From: Promethearchaeota archaeon
GTDB lineage: Archaea; Asgardarchaeota; Lokiarchaeia; Sigyniarchaeales; SOKP01
Direction of reading: 5' to 3'
Assembly: GCA_016839555.1 (NCBI GenBank)
Contig: JAEOUA010000003.1
Span: 96,001-160,000, forward strand
Length of the DNA stretch: 64,000 nt
Part shown: positions 9,479 through 20,052 of the stretch, piece by piece
Numbering within the stretch: position 1 is the stretch's first letter
Layout: the number at the start of each line of letters is the position of its first letter
Notes under the pieces: generated by a model
The model's database searches: none
What the model saw: the letters and a program-made list of their open reading frames with translations, nothing else
Told to the model about the DNA's origin: nothing
Program-made: the position numbers and the translations under genes

Positions 9479-11311
9479 TCAAGATTTTTTCTCAAATTTT
9501 TGTATTATTTTTTCTGCTAACCTTTGATTTACTATTTTCGTTAATCCTTTCTTTGATGCGTTTCGCATTCCCTCTATACTTCCAAATTCTTTTAATAGTT
9601 TATTTCTGGTTGCGGGACCAATCCCTTTAATGTCATCTAAGATTGACCCTACAAATTTTTTCTGTCTCTGCTTTTTATGAAGTCTTACGGCAAATCTATG
9701 TGCCTCATCTCTTACTTGTTGGAAAAATTTCAATATAGATGAGTCATCAGGGAGAATTATTGAATCTTTTTTATCATGGATGAAAATTTCTTCAAGTCTT
9801 TTAGCTAAACTTATCACTGGTATAGATAAGCCTAAATCTTTTAGCACGTTCACAGCAGCATTTAATTGTCCTTTTCCACCATCTATTAGAATTAGATTTG
9901 GCAAAGTCCAATCTTTTTCCAATAATTTAGAGTATCTTCTTCTAATAACTTCTTTCATCATACCGGGGTCATCGGGAGTGGTTTTTGATCTGATTTTATA
10001 GTGTCTATAATATTTCTTGTATGGCTTTCCCTCTAAGAAATAGACCATCGAGCCTGTGGCATCCTTTCCTTCAATGTTTGAGATATCGAATCCCTCGATA
10101 ATTCGAGGGATTTCTGGTAAATCCAGTAATTCTTTAATATCCTGCAAAAGATTCTTAAACTCATCTTTTTCTTGTTCCTTTAGTTCTTCCATTTCTATTT
10201 TTTGTAATACCATTACTTCTGCATTTTTATTCGCTATTCTCATAAGAGCCCTTTCATTCTTCTCTATAGGCTTCCGAATTTTAATGGTTTTTTTATTATC
10301 CTTTAAAATTTCTTTTAGTAATTCGAAATTCCCATAAAATTTTGGAACAATAATGATATCTGGAAGATTATGTAAAGTATCTTGATAATATTGTTCCAAA
10401 ATAGAATTTAATATATCCTTTTGCTGGATTATTTTTTCTCTTAAATCTAAACTAAATGGACTCTTATTTGTTATCTTTCCCTCCCGAATATGAATAATAA
10501 CCATTGAAACAATTTGTTCTTTGCTATAAAACCCAATAATGTCTTTATCTAATTCTTCATTAAGAAGAACATGCTGCTCGGTGGTTGAATTTTCAATAGC
10601 TTGTAATTTATCCCTCCAAAACGCCGCAACTTCATAATTTTGCTGTTTTGATGCATTTTTCATCTTTTTTTTAATCTGTTTTTTAAGGTCGGAGGTTTCG
10701 CCCTTCAAAAACATTTCAATTCTACGAATATTTTCTAAGTAGTCTTTTTTACTTATTTCCCCTATACAAGGCCCAAAACATAATTTTAGTTGGTAATATA
10801 AACAAGGGCGTTCTCTTTGTCGTACCTTTCTTTTACAAGAACAATATGGAAATATCTTTCTTAAATCCCGAAGAATTCGTTGAATTTCTTTTTTGTCTAT
10901 ATAAGGTCCTAAAAATAAATTATTATGATTAAAATGTTGAGGATTCCTCATTAGTCTAATTCTTGGAAAATCTTCAGAATAGGTAATCATCACCCAAGGA
11001 TAAGATTTGGAATCTCGCATAAAGACATTAAATCGAGGATAATGCTTCTTAATAAGAATATTTTCAAGAATTAATGCTTCTTTTTCATTTTCTGTCACAA
11101 TATAATCAATGGAATGGATTCGATTAACTAGATCCTGAATCTTTTCTTCGTAATAGGGGTCATTATACTTTTTTGTAGAAAAATATGAAGAAACCCTTTT
11201 TTTCAAATCTTTTGCTTTACCTATGTATATGATTTCCTTTTCTTTATTTTTGAATTGATATATTCCTGGTTCATTGGGTAAGCTTTTTCTCTGAAAGTCT
11301 AAATTATTCAT
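9479..11311 (-). CDS. uvrC: excinuclease ABC subunit C
   Basis: GIY-YIG N-terminus (PGIY...YIGKA), GFDISN, LIDGGKGQ, RDEAHRFA and C-terminal HhH. Confidence 0.95.
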   Translation of the reverse strand: MNNLDFQRKSLPNEPGIYQFKNKEKEIIYIGKAKDLKKRVSSYFSTKKYNDPYYEEKIQDLVNRIHSIDYIVTENEKEALILENILIKKHYPRFNVFMRDSKSYPWVMITYSEDFPRIRLMRNPQHFNHNNLFLGPYIDKKEIQRILRDLRKIFPYCSCKRKVRQRERPCLYYQLKLCFGPCIGEISKKDYLENIRRIEMFLKGETSDLKKQIKKKMKNASKQQNYEVAAFWRDKLQAIENSTTEQHVLLNEELDKDIIGFYSKEQIVSMVIIHIREGKITNKSPFSLDLREKIIQQKDILNSILEQYYQDTLHNLPDIIIVPKFYGNFELLKEILKDNKKTIKIRKPIEKNERALMRIANKNAEVMVLQKIEMEELKEQEKDEFKNLLQDIKELLDLPEIPRIIEGFDISNIEGKDATGSMVYFLEGKPYKKYYRHYKIRSKTTPDDPGMMKEVIRRRYSKLLEKDWTLPNLILIDGGKGQLNAAVNVLKDLGLSIPVISLAKRLEEIFIHDKKDSIILPDDSSILKFFQQVRDEAHRFAVRLHKKQRQKKFVGSILDDIKGIGPATRNKLLKEFGSIEGMRNASKKGLTKIVNQRLAEKIIQKFEKKS

Positions 11312-11528
11312 GGAATTTAGGAGGAATAAGAATTTTTTTATTTACAAATTTAGTAAAGTAGATATAATTATATTTTTTTCCCCGTAAATTATTAATTTGT
11401 ATATTTATTTATTTGCTTTTATTATAGCTTTAATTTTTATTTCTCATTTAAAGCTATATAAAATATAGTTTAATATAAGAAATAAAGGCAATAAACTATT
11501 ATATAATAATTTTATTTAATATTATAGG

Positions 11529-11735
11529 ATGGGAAAAACAATACGCATCTGCCCAAAATGTAAAAAACCCTCATTAAAACCAGCCTATAATGTAAGTGGT
11601 TGGTTAGCCCCCGACATGTTTCGATGTGAAGAGTGTGGTTATATTGGTAATTTTTATTTGGAAGTGGAACCAGAAGAATATTTAAAATTTCAAAAGTATT
11701 TAAGAGATAAAGAAGAGGATGAACATTCTCAATAA
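11529..11735 (+). CDS. small Zn-ribbon protein
   Basis: CPKC...CEECGY. Confidence 0.7.
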   Translation: MGKTIRICPKCKKPSLKPAYNVSGWLAPDMFRCEECGYIGNFYLEVEPEEYLKFQKYLRDKEEDEHSQ

Positions 11736-11792
11736 AAAGAATATTATGTGTAAAATAAATAATAATATGTAAATAATAAAAGGAGTGAAAAA

Positions 11793-12746
11793 ATGGAAGT
11801 ATTATTGAAGAGAGCAGAAAAGATTAGATCTTTAGAGATTCAAGGAGCAACTAATACTGCATTAAGTGCAATTGAATTTCTCAGCGAATATGCTAAAACT
11901 ATTAAATGCACTACATTAGATGAATGCATAATGAAGTTAAAAGAAGCAAAACAAATTTTAGAACAAACTCGTCCCACGGAACCTGCGATGCAAAATGGAT
12001 TGAACTTTATAATGAACAAGTTAAAAAAATGTAAAGGAGATATCTGCATTGAAGATGTTCCAAGAAAGATTGAAAGTTTTGAAGAGGATTATAAAGCGCT
12101 CATATTAAATGCTAAAAAAAAGATTGCGGAAATCGGGGCAAATAGAATACCGAAGATTCTCAAAAAAACGGAGTATAAAGATGATTTCGTGGTTATGACT
12201 CATTGTCATAGCTCCGTCGTTACTGGCATACTATTAAAAGCAAAAGAACAAGGAAAAACTTTCCGAGTCATTAATACCGAAACTCAACCGAAATTACAAG
12301 GCCGAAAAACAGCTAAAGAATTATTAGACGCAGGAATAGAGGTTCTTCATATTGTGGATAGTGCTATGCGATGGGCTGTAAGTACATATCAAGTAGATTT
12401 AATCATTATCGGAGCAGACTCAATAACATCCGAAGGAACGGTATTGAACAAAATTGGATCACGATTACTTGCTTTGGTTGCACATGAAGAGCATGTACCA
12501 TTTTATGTGGCATCTCCTTTATTAAAATATCAACCTTTAACAACAGTAGGATTTTTAGAAGAGATTGAGACACGTCCATCTGATGAAGTATGGAAAGATC
12601 CTCCAAAAAATTTAAGAGTGTTAAATCCCGCGTTTGAGACCGTTAGTAGACGCTACATTGATGGTTTAATTACAGAGGCGGGAATTTTTGCCAGCTCACA
12701 TGCTCATTGGTATTTTTCAAGACTCTATCCCGATTTAGTAGAATAA
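11793..12746 (+). CDS. ribose-1,5-bisphosphate isomerase (eIF2B-like family)
   Basis: IQGAT, TRPTEP, THCHS, GADSI, NKIG and NPAFE motifs; convergent with RuBisCO, consistent with the archaeal AMP salvage pathway. Confidence 0.85.
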   Translation: MEVLLKRAEKIRSLEIQGATNTALSAIEFLSEYAKTIKCTTLDECIMKLKEAKQILEQTRPTEPAMQNGLNFIMNKLKKCKGDICIEDVPRKIESFEEDYKALILNAKKKIAEIGANRIPKILKKTEYKDDFVVMTHCHSSVVTGILLKAKEQGKTFRVINTETQPKLQGRKTAKELLDAGIEVLHIVDSAMRWAVSTYQVDLIIIGADSITSEGTVLNKIGSRLLALVAHEEHVPFYVASPLLKYQPLTTVGFLEEIETRPSDEVWKDPPKNLRVLNPAFETVSRRYIDGLITEAGIFASSHAHWYFSRLYPDLVE

Positions 12747-12788
12747 TTCCAACAATTTATCAATGAATAGTAAAGTTAAGTGCTAATT

Positions 12789-14081
12789 TTAAACGTTTAT
12801 AGTATATTTCCCCCATTTTTCAAAAGCGCGGGTTAATTCCTTAACAAATTTTGAATATTCTCTTAGATCAATATTATTGAGAGTAGCATCAAGCGCTTGT
12901 CTAATTGCTTTAGCTCCTGCCTCAGTTCCGTCTGGGTGTCCATGTGTGCCTCCGCCAAACTGAAAAACCATATCTTTGCCAAGAGTTTCAATTAATTCAG
13001 GTATATCTAAGGGATTTAATCCTCCGGATGCTACGGGTAAGATAGGTTTTAATCCATACCAATTCTGAGATAAAAGATTTTTATTATTTCCATGAATCTG
13101 TTGTTCAGTAATTTCTTTATTAATATTCAATACTTCCTTTTTCCCACCTTTCATTTTTCCCACAATTGTACCGGTATGGAGCTGATCTACGCCAATCAAT
13201 CTCATTAATTTGGCTAACACCAACATTGTAATTCCATGTTCTTTTACTCTGGTAAAAGCAGCATGCATTGCTCTATGAGCATGAATTGCCAAATCCATAG
13301 TATCGAGATAATCTCGCATTTCCATCATAGCTGAGAATCCTGTTGTGAAAATGTCAATCATTACATATCTCCCACCACGTTCCTTCACGTAATCTGCTCT
13401 TTCTTTCATCGTGCTCACTTTTGCCGTTATATTTGGCATATAAAATTTTTTTTCTCCCGTTTTATCCTCAATCTGATCTCTTACAGTGAGAGTTTTATCG
13501 ACACGTTCCTCGAAATTATTAAATTTCATATTTGTCAAATTTTCATCATCTTTTACGATATCAAGCCCTCCGCGCCAGGCATCTCCACAAACTTTTGCAT
13601 GTTCCTTCTCGTTTAATCCAACTTTCGGTTTAACAATAGTACCCAGCAATGGTCTATTGGAAATTTTAGTTAATTTTCTAATACCTTTTATACCAAATTT
13701 GGGACCTTTATAGGAATTTACTATATCTTCAGGAAAATCGATATCTAATAACCTTAAACTGTGGAGTTTCTTCATTCCAAAAATATTCCCCGCAATCGCA
13801 CTTAAAATTTGAGAGATATTATCCATCTCAAATAATTCTTCAGTATAAGCGATTTTAACAATATGATTTTTTTCATCTATATAAAACACAAAGGGCTTAA
13901 GTTTTCGAGTAATTTCTTTATACATAGTTGAGATTTCTGTCCAAGTGCCTATGGAACTTTCTTTTGCTATTTCCATACACGCATGTTGTAAATCTTTGCA
14001 CTCTGGAGCTTTATCTACATAATACATAGCGATTAAATCTTTCGAGGTTGGTTCATAGTTTAAATCAACATAATCTACCAT
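12789..14081 (-). CDS. rbcL: form III RuBisCO large subunit
   Basis: ESSIGTW, GTIVKPKVG, catalytic KDDE, HAHRAMH, loop-6 GKM, ASGG and GGGTHGHP. Confidence 0.93.
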   Translation of the reverse strand: MVDYVDLNYEPTSKDLIAMYYVDKAPECKDLQHACMEIAKESSIGTWTEISTMYKEITRKLKPFVFYIDEKNHIVKIAYTEELFEMDNISQILSAIAGNIFGMKKLHSLRLLDIDFPEDIVNSYKGPKFGIKGIRKLTKISNRPLLGTIVKPKVGLNEKEHAKVCGDAWRGGLDIVKDDENLTNMKFNNFEERVDKTLTVRDQIEDKTGEKKFYMPNITAKVSTMKERADYVKERGGRYVMIDIFTTGFSAMMEMRDYLDTMDLAIHAHRAMHAAFTRVKEHGITMLVLAKLMRLIGVDQLHTGTIVGKMKGGKKEVLNINKEITEQQIHGNNKNLLSQNWYGLKPILPVASGGLNPLDIPELIETLGKDMVFQFGGGTHGHPDGTEAGAKAIRQALDATLNNIDLREYSKFVKELTRAFEKWGKYTINV

Positions 14082-14208
14082 TCCATATACTCCTTTAAAT
14101 TACTATTAATTAATTGAAATTTTAAGAATATTTTATTACTTTAATTTAAGAAATCATAAATAATATATAATATTTTTAATTCATTCTAGTTAATAAGTGA
14201 GTTTATCT

Positions 14209-14517
14209 ATGAGTACTGAAACGAAAACTATTACTATTGATATAAGAGAGCTAAGTTTTAAAAAGGATCAATATGTACAAGATTTAATAGTATTTTTAAA
14301 AGAACAATTACCTCAATTGGAGATTGAACGAAAGGGCAATGAATTAGAAGTTCTTATGCCAAATCAGTTATCCAATAGAGCAATCAAATTAAGAATTAAA
14401 AAATATTTATATAAAAATAATTTGAAGGAAGACTTTCGTCCTATCTCTAATAGCGGAAAAAAAGAAGGATATATGGTGAAACTTCGGAAAGTTTTTGAAA
14501 CTTCTTATACATATTAA
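14209..14517 (+). CDS. rpl22e: ribosomal protein eL22 (L22e)
   Basis: TITID...FLKE...SNRAIKLRIKKYLYKNNLKEDFRPIS...Y resembles eukaryotic/Asgard eL22. ATG 14209 preferred over GTG 14197. Confidence 0.8.
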   Translation: MSTETKTITIDIRELSFKKDQYVQDLIVFLKEQLPQLEIERKGNELEVLMPNQLSNRAIKLRIKKYLYKNNLKEDFRPISNSGKKEGYMVKLRKVFETSYTY

Positions 14518-15526
14518 TAATTTATTTATAAATTTATTTAAAATATTTTCTATCTTGCCTTTTAAAGAATATTCAAAGCTTGTTGTAAAGACTATTGAAG
14601 ATATTATAAGATGCACAACATTATCAAGTCTTTTAGAAGTATCTGGGTGGCCGAAACCTGGGAATGTCCATCGTACTCATGATTTTAAAAATACGCGTTT
14701 TGAGCATTTTTTAGCCGCAGTGGCTGTTATACAACCTAATTTTTTTAAATTTTGTAAGAGAATTCAAAATAATTCTATAATTCACCAAAATAATTTAAGT
14801 TATGTGCACTTAGGGAAGTTTTTCAAGGATGCTGCTAAAAGGATGATGGAATGGCAAAAAGGTGGAAATGTTATATTAGGACATATCTTAATATTAGCCC
14901 CTTTAGTTGCTGCAACTGTTATTTGTTTGCAAGATGAAAATTTAGATATAAAATATTTTAAAAAAGTATTAAAAAAAATAATTGAAGATACAACCGTTCA
15001 AGACACATTAGATTTATATGAAGCAATAAATTTATGTAATCCTGGCGGGCTTGGAAAAGTAGAGCGATATGATCTAACAGATAAAAATGCCATTCATCAA
15101 ATTCAAAAAGATAAAATTACCCTCCAGCAAATTTTTAATATATCGCAAACTTATGATTTAATAAGCAGCGAATACTCATCGGTATATAATATTATTCTAA
15201 ATGAGGGGTTGCCTTATTATTATGAGGTTTTTAATCAAAGCAACGACATAAATATCTCAACTGTTCATACATTTTTATATATCTTAGAAAACCACTATGA
15301 TACCTTAATTATCAGGAAAGCAGGTCTAAATTTGGCACGAGAAATTTCAGAAAATGCATCTAAAATCTTAAAGGTTGGAGGATTAACCACTAATAAAGGC
15401 AAAAAATTATTAATGGAAATGGATAATAATTTGCAAAGCCATGAAGGAAAACTTAATCCAGGAACAACTGCTGATCTCATTGCCGGTATCATCTTTTGTG
15501 CCCTCATTTTTGGATTAAAATTTTAA
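14495..15526 (+). CDS. citG: triphosphoribosyl-dephospho-CoA synthase (CitG family); true start probably further downstream
   Basis: LLEVSGWPKPGNVHR, DTLIIRKAG and NPGTTADL motifs. Confidence 0.85.
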   Translation: MKLLIHINNLFINLFKIFSILPFKEYSKLVVKTIEDIIRCTTLSSLLEVSGWPKPGNVHRTHDFKNTRFEHFLAAVAVIQPNFFKFCKRIQNNSIIHQNNLSYVHLGKFFKDAAKRMMEWQKGGNVILGHILILAPLVAATVICLQDENLDIKYFKKVLKKIIEDTTVQDTLDLYEAINLCNPGGLGKVERYDLTDKNAIHQIQKDKITLQQIFNISQTYDLISSEYSSVYNIILNEGLPYYYEVFNQSNDINISTVHTFLYILENHYDTLIIRKAGLNLAREISENASKILKVGGLTTNKGKKLLMEMDNNLQSHEGKLNPGTTADLIAGIIFCALIFGLKF

Positions 15527-15604
15527 TCGAATAAAAAAACATGAATATAAAAAAAGAATTAATGAATGAAAAATTAAAGAAGTTAACCTAAATTTCCGTG
15601 ATAT

Positions 15605-15952
15605 ATGGTGGAATTCTGTCCAGAATGTGGAAGCCTTATGCTTCCGTCTAAACAAGATGGGAAAAAAGTCTTTAAATGCAAATGTGGATATATTAAACCA
15701 TTTTCAGAAGAAAAATCTGAAGCATACAAATTAAGACAGAAAATCAAAAACGAAGAGAAACCAATCTCTACTAAAGAAATCTTAGAATGGAAAGAAAAAA
15801 ATCTTCAGTCCGCACTTAAAGATTTTAGATGTCCTAACTGTGGATATGATAAATGCTCCTTAAAGACAATGCAAACAAGGAGTGCAGATGAAGGTATGAC
15901 ACATTTTATAATTTGTTTGAAATGTGGTAGAATGATTAAAATAGGTTCTTAG
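15605..15952 (+). CDS. tfs: transcription factor S (TFS/RpoM family)
   Basis: Two Zn ribbons (FCPECG; CPNCG...CLKCG) and acidic hairpin QTRSADE. Confidence 0.9.
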   Translation: MVEFCPECGSLMLPSKQDGKKVFKCKCGYIKPFSEEKSEAYKLRQKIKNEEKPISTKEILEWKEKNLQSALKDFRCPNCGYDKCSLKTMQTRSADEGMTHFIICLKCGRMIKIGS

Positions 15953-16043
15953 ACTTTTTCTAAAAATTTTAATTTCAATAGAAAAGATTATAATCCTTAT
16001 ATTTTATCAATTTATTATTATTAGAATAATAAAATTGATCTTT

Positions 16044-16343
16044 TTAATGATTAAATAGTTTATGTTGTATTTCTTCTTTATCTATATTTTTATAAAAATT
16101 AATTTCAATTATTTTTTCTTGATTTTTCAAACCAGCGAGAAAAGTAATCTGTGATGATGAAATGCTCAATTTTTTTTTGAAAAGATGTATCAATTCTTTA
16201 TTTGCTTTATTCTTTTTAGCTTTAGATTTAAGTGAAACGGCTAAAAAATCACCATCTTGTTCAATTTTCTGGTGATAAGAATTTGGTTTTACATATAAAT
16301 TTAAGATATAGTTTTTATCAGATTTTTTTTCAATAAAATTCAT
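16044..16343 (-). CDS. DUF167/YggU family protein
   Basis: LYVKPNS...KANKELI...G.K...K pattern. Confidence 0.8.
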   Translation of the reverse strand: MNFIEKKSDKNYILNLYVKPNSYHQKIEQDGDFLAVSLKSKAKKNKANKELIHLFKKKLSISSSQITFLAGLKNQEKIIEINFYKNIDKEEIQHKLFNH

Positions 16344-16367
16344 TTATTCCCCTCGTTTATAATAAAA

Positions 16368-17753
16368 TTAGATATATTGTTCGATATTCTGTTTTAATCG
16401 CTTATAAGAGGGAGTGGATAAACGTATTCCACCTGCTAATTTATGTCCCCCACCAGTACCTCCTAATTCCCTTTTAATATTGCTTATAATTTTATTCACT
16501 CCCTTATAATCATTTTTCTTAAGAAATTTACGTGTGCATCTTATACTTAATTTAATGGTATGAGATTTCTTTTCTAAGCCTCCTAATAAGAGAATTTTGT
16601 AAGGATCCAATAATTCATTCACGGTACTAAAAGAAGCAGTATCCGACCAGTTACTTGGAGGAATTTCATCTCGAATTTTAATAAAAATTGCTTTTTCAGT
16701 CTCATATCGAGGTAATTCATTTGAGAGTATTTTAAGATTTTGTGCTAAATTAGTAATATATTCAGAATATACCTTTTTTGCATACCTTGTTATACTCTGT
16801 AATTGAATAATTGAAACGGCTGCACTAATATTCTTAAAACATAAAATATTTAATAGAAGGGCATGTTCAAATGCAAAACTTAACAATCCTCCTTTCTGAG
16901 GTAATATGGCATAATGCCCATAACTTTCAAAGCCTCCTTGTTTTTGGATTTGTTCAATTTCGTAAGGATCTAAGTTTTTCACTTCTTTTTTTGGATTTAT
17001 ATTTAGTCCATTTAGAAAGGTTTGAATTTTAACATTAGATTCTCCCCCTAATCCTGGAATAAAAGGTAAAATACTATATTTTAATCCATTTAATATTGAG
17101 TTATGCATACTCCCAAATAAGATCAAGCCCTCTTTATCTTCAAAAATTTCTTCAGCTAATAATTCTTGATAAATTTCTTTATTAAATGATTTCAATTTGT
17201 CCATAGATTTTAAAGAATCACCAGCAATTCCAATAATCGCCAACCATCCTTGCTTTATAATTTGAGGATATAGTTTCTTCACAAACATATAGGTTAATGT
17301 CGCACCTGCGATGTGTTCAAGTCCATCAAATCCATAAAGAGTAGGATTAATAAAACTTAAATTATCGGGGTGTGAAGTTATATCAGTATCAGTCTCTACT
17401 TCATGATGATCCAAGATAAAAAACATTTCATTCCTTTTTTCTATTATTGGAATTAATTCAGAAAGGTTAGAGCCCACATCTGTAAAAATATAAGCCATTT
17501 TATCAGTATTTCTTTTTGAAAGAATCCCTTCCAAATAGCTTTTCCATGAGACTGATCTATTATAAATAAAATAATCATAATCCAGATTCATTCTATATAA
17601 TAAATTTTGCATCAATTGAAGGCAAGAGATACCATCCGCGTCATTATGAGATATTATAATTACTTTATTGAAATAAGATGATAAATCAGCAAAACGATTA
17701 ACAGCATTATCAAGTACATTTAAAAACTTACTTCTATCTTGCTTATTATTCAT
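16368..17753 (-). CDS. DHH family phosphoesterase (RecJ/GAN/Cdc45-like)
   Basis: HNDADG, TDVG, LDHH, AGD and DHHA1 GGGH motifs. Confidence 0.85.
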   Translation of the reverse strand: MNNKQDRSKFLNVLDNAVNRFADLSSYFNKVIIISHNDADGISCLQLMQNLLYRMNLDYDYFIYNRSVSWKSYLEGILSKRNTDKMAYIFTDVGSNLSELIPIIEKRNEMFFILDHHEVETDTDITSHPDNLSFINPTLYGFDGLEHIAGATLTYMFVKKLYPQIIKQGWLAIIGIAGDSLKSMDKLKSFNKEIYQELLAEEIFEDKEGLILFGSMHNSILNGLKYSILPFIPGLGGESNVKIQTFLNGLNINPKKEVKNLDPYEIEQIQKQGGFESYGHYAILPQKGGLLSFAFEHALLLNILCFKNISAAVSIIQLQSITRYAKKVYSEYITNLAQNLKILSNELPRYETEKAIFIKIRDEIPPSNWSDTASFSTVNELLDPYKILLLGGLEKKSHTIKLSIRCTRKFLKKNDYKGVNKIISNIKRELGGTGGGHKLAGGIRLSTPSYKRLKQNIEQYI

Positions 17754-18034
17754 CCAAATCAGTAAAATTAATCTAAAAAGGTTTGATTTTTATAAAATAT
17801 GAAAAAACTTACAAAATCATCCTAAATTTCGATAGTTTTTCTCATTAAATACATTAAATTATTAATTGGAATCTGTAAGTTTAATTTTTCTCAAATATAT
17901 TTTAACTTTCTATGTTCTTATATTGTTATACAATTGACTAATTATATTTTTTATTAAATTGAAAAATGAAAACTTGAAAAATAAAAAATTAAAATTAAAA
18001 TTAAAATTTAAATAAATATTATTGAGTTTATAAA

Positions 18035-19738
18035 ATGATAAGTGAAATGAAGAAGAATCTTACAAAAAAGATTATTTATTTAATAATAATAGTTATATTA
18101 ATTTCAGTTTCATCTATTTTCCTTCTAATTCCTTTCTCTAAAAAGAATACTAATCTTTATTATTCATATCTGAATCAGAATAATTTAATCAATTCTAATT
18201 CATTTAGTGAAGAGGATTTTAGCTCCATCTTGGCAGAAGAAAAAAATGGTTTAGGGAGCATCTCCATTCAAAATATTTCTTATTATAAAAAAGGATTTAC
18301 AAATTATACTTCTCAATTAAAATATAAAAGAGTAAATGATGATATTTTAAATGAAACCTTAAATATTACGTATCTAGGAACTCAATTTAAGGGAGTGTTA
18401 ACAAACGCTACACGGGATTATCTCAAGAGTACTTTTATAGATCAGAATAAAATTGCTATTCTAATTAATGAAAGCCTTCAAATTTCTTTTGATAATAGTT
18501 CCGATGAGGATGGTCTAGCGGGATATCTTATTTATTTACCATGTTTAACTCCAATAGAAATAAATGAGATTTATATTAATAAAGGTGCAATAAGTTCCAT
18601 CGATTACGCAATTAAAGAAATAAAATGTTATCCCTTTATATATTTTAATTATTTTAACTTTTTAGGGCTGCAAACTAGTGGAACTTTTTCAATGGATATC
18701 ATATTTTCATATAATTTAACGTTAAAAAATTGGGAAGCTACTCAAATCAATTATGAGGATATAGTAGTCATTAACAAAGTTCAAAATATATCAGCAGATT
18801 ATGTTTATAATTTTGAGATAGTAGGAGAACAAATTATTGGAGACACTTCTATTGAAGGAACTGGTAAGGCATCTGACTTAAATGTGAGTTTGAAAATAAT
18901 CCCTTTTGATAGAACTCAATTAACGTATACAATCCTTAAATTAAATGGGAAAAATAAAAATATTAATAATTATACTTCTGATAACATAATTTATATCAAT
19001 CTTTCAGATTCGTTTCAAGCAAATAACAGCGAATTTTCATTAAGTTTTACAACAGAATTTAGAGTCCAATTTTATAACGCAGTTGATAAGACATGGGCGA
19101 TAGACAGACTAGTAGAAAATTTGTATATTAGGGAAAGGATTTATTTTCCCTCTATTACCGAGGGCCCAAGTCGCTTAGTTGTGAGATTCTCTTTTTCCGA
19201 ATCTACAATATTAGAAGAAGATATCATCGATTCTTATACTCAATTTGAAAGAGCAATCACCGAAATTAGTCCTGAGCAATTTGGTATTAAAATTATTACT
19301 CCTGTATTAGTTAAAGGTGAACTGGCATGTCCTATTGCTATTAAATATCAAGCAATCAGAAATTTTAGAATTATTATAAGAGATAATTTTGATGTACCCC
19401 TATCAGGATTAAATATTAAATTATTTTATAATAATAAACCATATGGAACATATATATCAAATAATAAAATTCAGCCCATTGCTCCTTTAACCACAAATAA
19501 GAATGGGGAGATTAATTTGGCTTTTCTACCTGATGGCTTTTATACAATTGCGATATATAAAGATGGCAATTTAGAGGCGGTAAAGACATTAAATACGAAT
19601 CAACCAGTATATGACTTTAAGACAGAAATTCCTCATATTCCTATTGTTGTTATCGTTTTTGGGTCTTTATCAATTCTAATAATTTGTATTGGAGTTATTT
19701 TTTATTTTAGAAATTATAAAGGAAATCTAAGAACTTGA
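18035..19738 (+). CDS. membrane-anchored extracellular protein
   Basis: N-terminal signal/TM segment, many N-x-S/T sequons, C-terminal beta-sandwich (TTNKNGEI...GFYTI) and C-terminal TM. Confidence 0.65.
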   Translation: MISEMKKNLTKKIIYLIIIVILISVSSIFLLIPFSKKNTNLYYSYLNQNNLINSNSFSEEDFSSILAEEKNGLGSISIQNISYYKKGFTNYTSQLKYKRVNDDILNETLNITYLGTQFKGVLTNATRDYLKSTFIDQNKIAILINESLQISFDNSSDEDGLAGYLIYLPCLTPIEINEIYINKGAISSIDYAIKEIKCYPFIYFNYFNFLGLQTSGTFSMDIIFSYNLTLKNWEATQINYEDIVVINKVQNISADYVYNFEIVGEQIIGDTSIEGTGKASDLNVSLKIIPFDRTQLTYTILKLNGKNKNINNYTSDNIIYINLSDSFQANNSEFSLSFTTEFRVQFYNAVDKTWAIDRLVENLYIRERIYFPSITEGPSRLVVRFSFSESTILEEDIIDSYTQFERAITEISPEQFGIKIITPVLVKGELACPIAIKYQAIRNFRIIIRDNFDVPLSGLNIKLFYNNKPYGTYISNNKIQPIAPLTTNKNGEINLAFLPDGFYTIAIYKDGNLEAVKTLNTNQPVYDFKTEIPHIPIVVIVFGSLSILIICIGVIFYFRNYKGNLRT

Positions 19739-20052
19739 TTGTCATATTCGTTGATAATATCGAAGATTTTGCATATTTTCTCCATAAAAGAATTATGGAT
19801 GAAATTTTTTATGAATTCAGAGAAAGGAAAAAGGATGAAGATCTTGGCAGCAAAACTGAAACAGAAGTGATATTTCACTTTCTTAGTAAGGTAGAATCTT
19901 CTTTAATTCTTTACGAAACAAAATTAATATTATCATCCCAAAATGAGGAGCAATTAATTAACCAAGCTCAAGAAATATTAAATAAGGTAGATAATTCTAT
20001 TAAATTTGTGAGAGGAAAAATTAGAGAGATTTTTTTATCTTACTCCTTATGA
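19735..20052 (+). CDS. hypothetical protein
   Basis: 105-aa ORF whose TTG start overlaps the upstream stop (translational coupling). Confidence 0.55.
   Translation: MIVIFVDNIEDFAYFLHKRIMDEIFYEFRERKKDEDLGSKTETEVIFHFLSKVESSLILYETKLILSSQNEEQLINQAQEILNKVDNSIKFVRGKIREIFLSYSL

Noticed and set aside
11793-12746. Annotation as translation factor eIF2B subunit
   Set aside because: Catalytic THCHS/GAD motifs and adjacency to form III RuBisCO favour ribose-1,5-bisphosphate isomerase.
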